This document shows positions 1 through 8,411 of a stretch of DNA of 64,000 nucleotides, piece by piece. The stretch is from NCBI GenBank assembly GCA_031278655.1, contig JAITJZ010000137.1, positions 4,310-68,309 on the forward strand. Reading direction: 5' to 3'. How positions within the stretch are numbered: the first letter of the stretch is position 1; every line of letters starts with the position of its first letter. The notes under the pieces are model-generated. The model had not been told where the DNA came from and made no database searches. It saw only the letters and a program-made list of their open reading frames with translations. Both the position numbers and the translations under genes were made by a program. Source of the DNA: Bifidobacteriaceae bacterium (GTDB taxonomy: Bacteria > Actinomycetota > Actinomycetes > Actinomycetales > WQXJ01).

Positions 1-621
1 GCCCAGGGACGAGCCCCCTCGACAAGGTTTGACGAACAGCGGCAACCCCAGGGCCTGAGCGGCTTCGAGGGCCGCTGGGCGGGGCGCGTCCCCCGCCCAG
101 TCGCGGGCGGTCATGACCGTGTACGGCTGGACGGGCAGGCCATTGGCCGCCAGCAGGCATTTCATGTAACCCTTGTCCATGCCGACGGCGCTGGCCAGGA
201 CGCCCGCGCCGACGTAACGCTGGTCGGTCAGCTCCAGCAGGCCCTGGATGGTCCCGTCCTCCCCGAACGGGCCGTGCAGCAGCGGGAAGACCACGTCGAT
301 GGGGCCGAGGTCGCCAATGGCGCCGTCTTTGGCGGCCAGGCGCCATTCGGCGGACCCGGCGCGGGTCGGCGCCAGCACTTCCGGCCCGTCGCCGGCCACC
401 TCCGGCAGCCGCCCGCCCACCAGTTTCAGCCGCGCCGGGTCGTCCGGCGCCAGCGTCCAGCGACCATCGCGGGTGATGCCGACAGGGATCGGCTCAAAGC
501 GGTCGCGGTCGATCGCCTCCAGGATCGATCCGGCCGTCAAGCAACTGATGGCGTGCTCACCGGAGCGACCGCCGAACAACAGCGCCACCCGGACCAGCCG
601 CGCGCGAGGGGTTTGATTCAT
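1..621 (-). CDS. ddl: D-alanine--D-alanine ligase, N-terminal part (3' end lies outside the window)
   Basis: Own translation of the minus strand from the ATG at 621-619: MNQTPRARLVRVALLFGGRSGEHAISC...IDVVFPLLHGPFGEDGTIQGLLEL...GMDKGYMK...LPLFVKPCRGGSS. These are typical Ddl N-terminal and central motifs. It is absent from the ORF track because it runs off the edge. Confidence 0.85.
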   Translation of the reverse strand, partial: MNQTPRARLVRVALLFGGRSGEHAISCLTAGSILEAIDRDRFEPIPVGITRDGRWTLAPDDPARLKLVGGRLPEVAGDGPEVLAPTRAGSAEWRLAAKDGAIGDLGPIDVVFPLLHGPFGEDGTIQGLLELTDQRYVGAGVLASAVGMDKGYMKCLLAANGLPVQPYTVMTARDWAGDAPRPAALEAAQALGLPLFVKPCRGGSSLG

Positions 622-771
622 CGCCCTCAAGGCTACCCGGCTGATGCTCCTATCCTCGTCAAGCCGCGAGTTGGGGGGCGTGTTGGCGGCGGTTGATCCA
701 AGAGTCGTCTCGAATCGACGCCACGACATCTCGTTGCCGGGCGCGGAAAGCGCGCGGGGTCGCGGTCTCGG

Positions 772-1461
772 TCAGGACTTGTCGGTCACCTTGCGCGACT
801 TCAAGACCTGGTCGATCATGCCGTATTCGAGGGCCTGCTCGGCGGTCAGGATCTTGTCCCGCTCAATGTCGTCGCGGACCTGCTCCGGGGTGCGCTTGGA
901 GTGCTTGGCGATGGTGTCCTCGAGCCACTGGCGAATGCGCAGGATTTCATTGGCCTGAATCTCGATGTCGCTGGCCTGGGCGTAGGCGCCACCCTCGAAG
1001 GCCGGCTGGTGGATCAGGACGCGGGCGTTGGGCAGGGCCAGGCGCAGGCCGGGCGTGCCGGCCGCCAGCACCACCGCCGCCGCCGAGGCGGCCTGCCCCA
1101 AGCAGACCGTCTGGATGCGCGGCGTGATGTACTGCATCGTGTCGTAGATGGCGGTCAGCGCCGTGATCGAGCCGCCCGGCGAGTTGATGTACATGGTGAT
1201 GTCGCGGTTCGGGTCCTGCGACTCCAGGACCAGCAATTGCGCCATGATGTCATCGGCCGAGGCGTCGTCGATCTGGACCCCAAGGAACACAATGCGGTCC
1301 TCGAACAGCTTGGCGTAGGGATCCTGGCGTTTGAAGCCGTAGGGCGTGCGCTCCTCGAAGGACGGCAGCACGTAGCGCGATCGCGGGGCCAGGCCTCCAC
1401 CGAGGGCCAGCGGCGCCAAAGAACCGTAAGTCGAGCGCGGGTCGATCGTCATATCCCTCAT
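772..1461 (-). CDS. clpP: ATP-dependent Clp protease proteolytic subunit (second of a clpP1-clpP2 pair)
   Basis: Translation has [36 protein letters not shown] and VLIHQP. The start ATG overlaps the upstream clpP stop (ATGA at 1458-1461). Confidence 0.95.
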   Translation of the reverse strand: MRDMTIDPRSTYGSLAPLALGGGLAPRSRYVLPSFEERTPYGFKRQDPYAKLFEDRIVFLGVQIDDASADDIMAQLLVLESQDPNRDITMYINSPGGSITALTAIYDTMQYITPRIQTVCLGQAASAAAVVLAAGTPGLRLALPNARVLIHQPAFEGGAYAQASDIEIQANEILRIRQWLEDTIAKHSKRTPEQVRDDIERDKILTAEQALEYGMIDQVLKSRKVTDKS

Positions 1462-2075
1462 GCCTTCCGCTTGGACGGGCGGACCACCGATTCATGGGTG
1501 ACCACCTTGTCGATGAAGCCGTACTCCAGCGCCTCGGCGGCGGTGAACCAGCGGTCGCGGTCGGAGTCGCGGTTGATCTGCTCGACGGTCTTGCCGGTCT
1601 GCTCCGCGATCAGCTCCGCCAGTTGGCGTTTCATGTGCAGGATCAACTCGGCGTTGATCCGGATGTCGGTGGCCGTCCCGCCTATCCCCCCGGACGGCTG
1701 GTGCATCATGACGCGCGCGTGCGGCGTGGCGAAGCGCTTGCCCTTGGCGCCCGATGACAGCAGGAACTGCCCCATCGACGCGGCCATGCCCATGGCCACC
1801 GTCGAGACGTCCGGTTTGACGTATTGCATGGTGTCGTAGATGGCCATGCCGGCGGTGATCGAGCCGCCGGGCGAATTGATGTAAAGATAAATGTCGCGCT
1901 CCGGGTCCTCCGCCGCCAGCAGCATCATCTGGGCGCAGATGGCGTTGGCGTTCTCGTCGCGGACCTCGCTGCCGAGCCAGATGATGCGTTCGCGGAGCAG
2001 GCGGTTGAAAATCGAATCGTTCAACCCCATGCCCGGTCCGTCGGGCGCGGCCAGCGCGGGTGATTCCAGGCTCAT
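1458..2075 (-). CDS. clpP: ATP-dependent Clp protease proteolytic subunit (first of the pair)
   Basis: Translation has [34 protein letters not shown] and [10 protein letters not shown] prefer the ATG at 2075, preceded by GGAGAG, over the track TTG at 2090. Confidence 0.95.
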   Translation of the reverse strand: MSLESPALAAPDGPGMGLNDSIFNRLLRERIIWLGSEVRDENANAICAQMMLLAAEDPERDIYLYINSPGGSITAGMAIYDTMQYVKPDVSTVAMGMAASMGQFLLSSGAKGKRFATPHARVMMHQPSGGIGGTATDIRINAELILHMKRQLAELIAEQTGKTVEQINRDSDRDRWFTAAEALEYGFIDKVVTHESVVRPSKRKA

Positions 2076-2162
2076 GTCCGAACTCTCCAAATCTTGATCG
2101 GTCTTTTCCAGAACACGACCCTAACGTTGATCGACCCGGCCCGCTGACCGCCCGCGCCGGGT

Positions 2163-2175
2163 TTCGCTACAGGCG
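2163..2175 (-). promoter_or_regulatory. Candidate ClgR-type operator (CGC-N5-GCG core) upstream of clpP1
   Basis: TTCGCTACAGGCG lies about 90 bp upstream of the clpP1 start. It resembles the actinobacterial ClgR box (GTTCGC-N5-GCG) known from clpP promoters, but is only a partial match to the wider consensus. Confidence 0.3.
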
Positions 2176-2270
2176 TGGCGATTTGGGGTGTGATCGCCAG
2201 CGCCGATGCCGCCTGGCCAAGTTTGGCGGGCCCCTCGCCCGATGCCGTCCGGCCGGTTTGGGCCGCCCGG

Positions 2271-2963
2271 TCAGGACCCCAGGGGCCAGCCGAGCGCCCA
2301 GCGCGCCTCCCGTTCGAGCAGGCGCAACCGATCAGCGCCATAAGACTCGACGCCATGCCCCAGGGCGTTGTAAACCATCCGGCTGACGGCCCCGCCTGGC
2401 TGCGCGACCTCGTCCGCCCAGGCGAGCGGATGGGACCTGCCCTCATGGTGATGAGTCAGGTAAGGCCGTGGCTGCCGGTGGATGACGAGGGCCGTGTAAC
2501 GCTCGTCGTAGGTGTCGAAATCGGCCAGGCCGGCCGCGATCGGGTGGGCGGCCGGGACCGCCTGGATCCTGGCCTTGCTGATCGGCGGATGGTACGAGGC
2601 GCCGTCCACCCATTGCGCGCCGACGAACCGCGCCCAGGCGGGATTGTCGCGGAAGGTCAGCGCGGCCGAATGGAGCGCCAGGACCGGCCCTCCCCGCGCG
2701 ATGTGCGCGGCCAGGCCCCGCCGCGCGGGTTCCCAGACGGCATCGTCCCCATCGAAGTCCGCGTCCACGCGACCTCCGCCCGAATTGACCACCAGCAGGT
2801 CAACCGCGTCCAGACCGGTCAACACGTCCCTGGCCAACCCGTGGACGGCGACCTCCAAACCCAAAGCGGCCAGCGCCTTCGCCACCACGTGCGAGGTGCC
2901 CGCGTAATCGTGCCACTGATCTTCATAGCGTCCTTGCCCGCTCAGGACCACGGCCTTCGCCAT
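2271..2963 (-). CDS. ThuA-like domain protein (trehalose-utilisation family, class I glutamine amidotransferase-like fold)
   Basis: About 230 aa, beginning MAKAVVLSGQGRYEDQWHDY, and including DLLVVNSGGG and VLALHSAALTF. Start ATG at 2963 follows AAGGAG. The family call is from memory of ThuA-like proteins only. Confidence 0.5.
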   Translation of the reverse strand: MAKAVVLSGQGRYEDQWHDYAGTSHVVAKALAALGLEVAVHGLARDVLTGLDAVDLLVVNSGGGRVDADFDGDDAVWEPARRGLAAHIARGGPVLALHSAALTFRDNPAWARFVGAQWVDGASYHPPISKARIQAVPAAHPIAAGLADFDTYDERYTALVIHRQPRPYLTHHHEGRSHPLAWADEVAQPGGAVSRMVYNALGHGVESYGADRLRLLEREARWALGWPLGS

Positions 2964-2977
2964 GCCGACTCCTTTCG

Positions 2978-4210
2978 TCAAAACTCAGCGCCCGGGCGCG
3001 TCGCCCAGGCCCGCCGCAGCGCCGGCGCCGTCAGCAAAGAGGCTAACGCCAGCAGCCCGCCAGCAGCCGCCTCGGCGGCGATGCCCGCCCGGTAACCGCC
3101 AAGATCGACCAGGTGACCCGCGATCGGGGCGCCCACGGCCGCGCCGACGCCGATCGCCGCCGCCACGAAGGAGAGCCCTTGGGTCAGGCGCTCGCGCGGC
3201 ACCAAGCCGCCGACCAGCGCGTTCGCGGAGATCATAGTCGGAGCGAAGGTCGATCCGACGAAGAATCCCCAGGCGGCGCGTTGCCAAGGCGCCGCCGGGA
3301 ACCAGAGACTGGCCACCGCCAAGCCCATCACCAGCGATGACACTGTGAAAAGCGAGCGCGCGTCGCGCCGCCAAGTGCGTGTTCCCCAGACCAGGCCGCC
3401 GATCCCCGAGCCCAGGGAGATCACCCCGGCGACCACCCCGGTCAGCGCCTTGGCGCCCCAGGCCTCCGATGACGCGATGGTCGAGACGTTGATCGCGCCG
3501 AAGGCCAATCCGACCACGAAGCAGACCACCACCAGTAGCGCGACACCGGGGCGGGCCAGCGCCGCCGGTCCCCGCCCGCGCTGGTCGCCAGGCGGGCTGA
3601 GGTCCCGGCGACGCTCCGCCACCGGCGGTTCGGAGCGTTTCAGGGAGTAGAACCAGGCCGATCCGACCGCGATCAACGCCACTGGCGCCGCCAGCCCCGC
3701 TGTCGGGCTGACCGCTGTGGCCAACGCTGTCGCCACCGCCGGTCCAAACACAAAGGTGATCTCCTCCAGGGTGGCCTCCCAGGACAAGGCCGTTCCCACG
3801 CGGCTGTCGCCGCCGGTGACGTACACCCAGCGGGCGCGCGCCAGCGCGCCAGGGGACCCGGCTGTCAGCCCGGCCAAGGCGGTGGCGACGAACAGCCATC
3901 CGACCGGGGCTCGCATTTGCGTCAGCACCGCCAAACTCGCCAGGCTGGCGACTGAGACGGCGGCGCACGGCGCCATCACGCGGCGCTGCCCAAAGCGATC
4001 AACCGGCCCGGCCAGCAAGGCTGTCCCCACGGCCACCGCGACGCCGTTGACCGCGCTGAGCGCCCCGCCCAAGCCGTATGAGCCGTAAACGGCGCGGATC
4101 GCCAAGACGATGGCGAAGCTGACCATTCCCAGACCGAACCGCGCCACCAAACAGGACAGCGACAGCGCGGCGCCGCCGGGGACGGCCATCAATGCGCGGT
4201 AACGCCGCAT
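2978..4210 (-). CDS. MFS transporter
   Basis: 410 aa, very hydrophobic, with about 12 predicted helices and a DRFGQRRV-type loop motif after TM2. ATG at 4210 is preceded by GGGAGA. Confidence 0.75.
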   Translation of the reverse strand: MRRYRALMAVPGGAALSLSCLVARFGLGMVSFAIVLAIRAVYGSYGLGGALSAVNGVAVAVGTALLAGPVDRFGQRRVMAPCAAVSVASLASLAVLTQMRAPVGWLFVATALAGLTAGSPGALARARWVYVTGGDSRVGTALSWEATLEEITFVFGPAVATALATAVSPTAGLAAPVALIAVGSAWFYSLKRSEPPVAERRRDLSPPGDQRGRGPAALARPGVALLVVVCFVVGLAFGAINVSTIASSEAWGAKALTGVVAGVISLGSGIGGLVWGTRTWRRDARSLFTVSSLVMGLAVASLWFPAAPWQRAAWGFFVGSTFAPTMISANALVGGLVPRERLTQGLSFVAAAIGVGAAVGAPIAGHLVDLGGYRAGIAAEAAAGGLLALASLLTAPALRRAWATRPGAEF

Positions 4211-4256
4211 ATCGTCTCCCTAGCGCGGCCGGGGGCGGGCGTGGAAGGGCACGGGC

Positions 4257-4886
4257 TCAACGCTCCGAGTAACCGCTGTGGTTCGGGTTGGGGACCAGTT
4301 GGTAGCCGCCGGGTTGGCCGTCGGCCACCACGACCAACTGCGACATGCCGCCGGCTCGCTCGATCACGGCGTAGTCTTGGCCGGCGTCTTGGTCGTAGCA
4401 AAAGACTGTCACCAGGGGTTCCGGGCCAGTGTTGACCGAACGGTGAATCCAATAGCCGGGCACGTGGACCGCCACCCCCGGGGACATCTCCAGCGCCTGC
4501 GAGCGCCCGTCGACCGTGTCCATCAGCATGACGCCGCGCCCGGCGACGCAATGGTAAATCTCAGCGCGCGAGGCGTTGCGGTGGATGTGCCCCCGGGTCA
4601 GGGCGAACTCGCGGCCGATCCGTCCCGGCGCCACCGTCGATGTGCCCAGGACCAGCGCCCCGGGGCCGGAGCCGACCCGGTTCTCCTCGACGCGGTAGAC
4701 CAAGGTGTCGCCGCCCACAGCCGCGACCTCGGCCCGGTAGGCCGCCTCGTCCTGATAGACGCCCGCCAGGTCGCCCAGAGTCTTGTCGTATTCGCCGTTG
4801 CGTCCCGTCATGGCGCCGGTGGCCGCGATGACCACCGCCGTTGGCGTCGCCACCTGGTCCGGGTCGGCGGGCAAGTAGAGACTCAT
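4257..4886 (-). CDS. Cupin-type glucose-6-phosphate isomerase family protein (cPGI-like)
   Basis: LTRGHIHRNASRAEIYHCVAGRGVMLM...PGVAVHVPGYWIHRSVNTGPEPLV...DAGQDY parallels the archaeal cupin PGI signature (TxGHxH...AEvY...VP..waHRtvN.G.ep...DAGhDY). Start trimmed to the ATG at 4886, preceded by GGAGGA. Confidence 0.7.
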   Translation of the reverse strand: MSLYLPADPDQVATPTAVVIAATGAMTGRNGEYDKTLGDLAGVYQDEAAYRAEVAAVGGDTLVYRVEENRVGSGPGALVLGTSTVAPGRIGREFALTRGHIHRNASRAEIYHCVAGRGVMLMDTVDGRSQALEMSPGVAVHVPGYWIHRSVNTGPEPLVTVFCYDQDAGQDYAVIERAGGMSQLVVVADGQPGGYQLVPNPNHSGYSER

Positions 4887-4960
4887 GATTCGTCCTCCAG
4901 GCGATTCGGTGTCGGTTGTGGGGTGAGGTCCAGCCGGTGATCGGCCACGCCGCTGCGCAC

Positions 4961-5893
4961 TCATCCCTTGACAGCGCCGTGCATGATGCCGGAGACCAAT
5001 TGCTTGCCAGCCGCAACGAAGACAAAAACTAGCGGCGCGGTCGCCATCAACACTCCGGCCATGATCAAGGAATAGTCTTTGAAGTACTGGGCCTGCAGCA
5101 GTTGCGTGGCCACCGGCAGAGTCGGGTTGGTCGAGCCCAGCACGATGAACGGCCAGAAGAAGTTGGTCCAGGTGCCAACAAAGGTGAACAGCCCCAACAT
5201 GGCGGCGGCCGGCCGCGAAGCCGGCATGGCCACGTGCCAGAACGTCCTGATCATTGAGCAGCCGTCGACTCGGGCCGCCTCGATCAACTCGTAAGGCAGC
5301 GCCGCTTGCAAGTACTGGGTCATCCAGAACACCCCGAACGCCGTCACCATGCCCGGGACGATCACCGCCTGGAGCTGGCCTTGCCAGCCCAGTTTGCTCA
5401 TGACCATGAACAGGGGCACGATCCCGAGTTGGGTTGGGATCGCCATGGTGGCGATGACGAACACCAGAAGTTGGTTGCGACCCCGGAAGCGCAGTTTGGC
5501 GAAGGAATAGCCCGCCAATGTCGAGAAGAAGATGACCGAGACGGCGGTCAGCGCCGAGACGATGACCGAGTTGAGCAACGCCTGCCAGAACTTGATGTCC
5601 GCGGCCAGCACCCGGCCCATGTTGGTGATGAACTTCCCCTGCGGAATCATCGACGGGATGGCGTGCTGGGAGATGTAGGCGGCATCGGCGGATCCAAGGA
5701 GGAACGTGTACCAGAGCGGGAAAGCCGATGCCGCCAAAACGACTGCCAGCACCGCGTAGGTCAGCCAGCCCGGGCGCCGGCCGGCGCCCGTGGTGGTCAA
5801 CCGTTGGCGGCGCCGCCGGGCGGCGTTGGCTATTGACTTGCCGTAGGCCTGCTCAATGGCGGGGATGGACTCCAGCGTTTTCGGGGGTTTCAT
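4961..5893 (-). CDS. Carbohydrate ABC transporter permease (MalG/CUT1-type)
   Basis: C-terminal 310 aa of the 4961..6826 track ORF: MKPPKTLES...WYTFLLGS...FAKLRFRGRN...EAARVDGCSMIRTFWHVAMP (EAA loop). Start ATG at 5893 overlaps the upstream stop (ATGA). Confidence 0.9.
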   Translation of the reverse strand: MKPPKTLESIPAIEQAYGKSIANAARRRRQRLTTTGAGRRPGWLTYAVLAVVLAASAFPLWYTFLLGSADAAYISQHAIPSMIPQGKFITNMGRVLAADIKFWQALLNSVIVSALTAVSVIFFSTLAGYSFAKLRFRGRNQLLVFVIATMAIPTQLGIVPLFMVMSKLGWQGQLQAVIVPGMVTAFGVFWMTQYLQAALPYELIEAARVDGCSMIRTFWHVAMPASRPAAAMLGLFTFVGTWTNFFWPFIVLGSTNPTLPVATQLLQAQYFKDYSLIMAGVLMATAPLVFVFVAAGKQLVSGIMHGAVKG

Positions 5894-6903
5894 CGTTTGA
5901 CCGCCCCTCTGGTCTTGGCGGTTTTTCGAACCTTCGCGGAATGGTCCGGCGAGTCGGAGGCGATGCGCCGGGTCAGCGCGAAGTTGAAGACCGCGATCAC
6001 CCCGATGACCATGAACAACAGCCAGGCCACGGAGGCCGCCCGGCCGAAGTTCATCTCCTGGTTCCAGCCCAGTTGGTAGAGGTACAAGGTCGCGGTCATC
6101 CATTGGTGATCGGAACCGCCTTGACCGAATTGATCGTACATTCGGGGTTCGTCGAAGATCTGCAGGCAACCGATGGTGGCGGTGATGATCACAAAGATGA
6201 TGGTCGGGCGAATCTGCGGGATCGTCACCGAGAAGAACTGCTTGGCCTTGGAGGCGCCGTCGATCACCGCCGCCTCGTAAAGATCGCGCGGCACCGCCTG
6301 CATGGCCGCCAAACAGATCAAGGTGTTGTAGCCGGTCCAGCGGTACCAGACCATCACCGAGATGACGAAATGCGACGCCAGCGGATCGGCGTGCCAGCGG
6401 ATGGGATCGATCCCGATCCCCCCGAGAACCGAGTTGACCAGCCCGAACTGGTCCGCGAACATGCGTGAGAAGATGACCGACACCGCCACCGGCGCGACCA
6501 CATAGGGAAGCAGCACCCCCATCCGCCAGAAGGTCTTGGCTCGAATGTTGGCGTCCAGCACCCAGGCTATGCCGATGGCGGCGGTCACTTGCGGCACCGA
6601 CGAGATGACGAAGATCGACAATGTGTTCCGCATCGCCACCCAGAAGTTGTGCTGGCCGAGGATGAACTCGTAGTTGCCGAGTCCAACGAACTCGCCTTTG
6701 CCTCCCAGCAAATGCCAGTCGAACATGGACACGTAGGCGGTGTAGAGCAGCGGGAACATGCCCACCACCGCGAACACGATGAAGAACGGCGAGACGTAGA
6801 GGTACGGCGAGAGCTTGACGTCCCACCGTCCGAGTCTCTGGCGGAAACCGATCTTGCGGACGGGTCGCCCGGCCTCGGGTCTTGTCGCCTTGGTCTTGGC
6901 CAT
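5890..6903 (-). CDS. Carbohydrate ABC transporter permease (MalF/CUT1-type)
   Basis: The translation has six hydrophobic segments and the EAA loop YEAAVIDGASKAKQFFSVTIPQIRP. Start trimmed to the ATG at 6903 (MAKTKATRPE). Confidence 0.9.
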   Translation of the reverse strand: MAKTKATRPEAGRPVRKIGFRQRLGRWDVKLSPYLYVSPFFIVFAVVGMFPLLYTAYVSMFDWHLLGGKGEFVGLGNYEFILGQHNFWVAMRNTLSIFVISSVPQVTAAIGIAWVLDANIRAKTFWRMGVLLPYVVAPVAVSVIFSRMFADQFGLVNSVLGGIGIDPIRWHADPLASHFVISVMVWYRWTGYNTLICLAAMQAVPRDLYEAAVIDGASKAKQFFSVTIPQIRPTIIFVIITATIGCLQIFDEPRMYDQFGQGGSDHQWMTATLYLYQLGWNQEMNFGRAASVAWLLFMVIGVIAVFNFALTRRIASDSPDHSAKVRKTAKTRGAVKR

Positions 6904-7036
6904 TGGCTGCCTTCCTGGCGCGAACCGGTTCAGCTTGCGATCCGTGGGAGCGGCGGGGCCGACGGCGTTCAACGCCGCCGGTCCCGCCCCTCGGACGCCG
7001 CTGGGCGACCGGTTCTAGTTGTGCTGACCGGGTGTC

Positions 7037-8344
7037 CTACTTGTACTGCTGGATTTCGTCGACGAACTTGTCCCAGGACGCCTGCGCGGTGTCCGTCTTG
7101 TCCACATCCACCCGACGCAGCGCCGGGATCATGGCCGTGTTTTGGACGGCGAAGTAGTTCGGGCCCTTGTGGGGCAGGACAGTGACGGCCTCAGCGCGTT
7201 CGGCGTAGATCTCACCGGTCGGCGCGTTGTTGAAGAACGTGTGCGAGTAACCGGTGACTGCCGGATCGGTGGTGGCGTCCGGAGTCGACGGGAACAGCCC
7301 CGCGTTCTCGAAGGTCTTGACCTGCTGTTCCGGTGCGGTCAGCCAGAGCGCGAAAGCCTTGGCCTCATCGAAATGCTTGGTCTGAGTCGGGACTGTGGCG
7401 TAGGAGCCTCCCCAGTTGCCGCCCCCGCCGGGGAAGACGTTGGCGACGTCCCAACCGGTCACACCCGCGGCGTAGTCCTGGATTGGGCCGAGGATCCACG
7501 ACGGGCACAAGATGGTGGCGAAGGCGCCGTTCTGGAAGGCCTGGCCCCAGTCGTCGTTCCATTGGGCCAGCCCGGCCGACAGGCCGTCGTCCAGGGCCGC
7601 GGCTGTGACCTGGTCGTAGAGGGCTTTGACGTCCGGATTGGTGTCGGCGATGACGTTGTCGTCCTGGTCCTCGTAGGGGTATTCGAGCTGGTTGACCATG
7701 CCCTGGTAGATCGACGCGGCCTCGTCGAACCACTTGGAGCCGTCGGGCGCGGCTTGGAGATACTGCCGCCCGACCTCGAAGTACTTCTCCCAGCTGGCGT
7801 TGTCGCCGCCGAACAGCTCCGCCACTTCGGCGCGGTCGGTCGGCAACCCGGCCTGCTCGAACAGGTCGGCCCGGTAACAGATCGCCTCAGGACCCACGTC
7901 GAGTCCGTAGCCGATCAAGCGTCCCTCGGCGTCCATCCCGCCCTTCAGCTTCCAGTCGAGCCAGCGGCCTTCGACCGCCGGATCGCTCAGGTCGTTGAGA
8001 TACTCGGAATATTTCAGCAGTTCCGGCATCCAGTCGACTTCGACGTATTCGATGTCGGAGAGACCAGATCCAGCCGCGATCTTCGAATACATGTTCTCGC
8101 GCGCCTCATCAGAGGTGGCGGCCCGCTTGTGTTCGATCTTGATCTCGGGGTGGAGTTGCTGGTACTCCTCGATCAACGGATCCATGCCGAATTCATTGAA
8201 GGTGGCGATGGTCAACGTGATCTGCTCGTCCCCGCCCGCTTCCTTGCCGTCCCCGTCGGAGCCGCCGCAGCCGACCAGCGCCAGGGCGGCGACAACGGAC
8301 ACCGCGACAACAGCGCCCGCCCGGCCGTGAGTCTTGTTCATCAT
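7037..8344 (-). CDS. Sugar ABC transporter substrate-binding lipoprotein (family 1), paralog A
   Basis: Begins MMNKTHGRAGAVVAVSVVAALALVGCGGSDG, a signal peptide plus lipobox. Start at 8344 follows AAGGAG. It sits immediately upstream of the two permease genes. Confidence 0.9.
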   Translation of the reverse strand: MMNKTHGRAGAVVAVSVVAALALVGCGGSDGDGKEAGGDEQITLTIATFNEFGMDPLIEEYQQLHPEIKIEHKRAATSDEARENMYSKIAAGSGLSDIEYVEVDWMPELLKYSEYLNDLSDPAVEGRWLDWKLKGGMDAEGRLIGYGLDVGPEAICYRADLFEQAGLPTDRAEVAELFGGDNASWEKYFEVGRQYLQAAPDGSKWFDEAASIYQGMVNQLEYPYEDQDDNVIADTNPDVKALYDQVTAAALDDGLSAGLAQWNDDWGQAFQNGAFATILCPSWILGPIQDYAAGVTGWDVANVFPGGGGNWGGSYATVPTQTKHFDEAKAFALWLTAPEQQVKTFENAGLFPSTPDATTDPAVTGYSHTFFNNAPTGEIYAERAEAVTVLPHKGPNYFAVQNTAMIPALRRVDVDKTDTAQASWDKFVDEIQQYK

Positions 8345-8411
8345 ATTGATCTCCTTGTCTTCGCTCGGTTCACGTGCTCGCGGATTTGTCGATCGGCCGC
8401 CGCCTCGGCGG

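Noticed and set aside
4961-6826. 621-aa track ORF that looks like a fused double permease
   Set aside because: The N-terminal two thirds is an out-of-frame read-through of the upstream permease gene and translates to an Arg/Gly/His-rich sequence. The real gene starts at the ATG at 5893, which overlaps the upstream stop. The same artefact applies to 17460..19079, 19482..21185, 26169..28043, 42313..44451, 44864..46945, 46264..47985 and 52874..54481.
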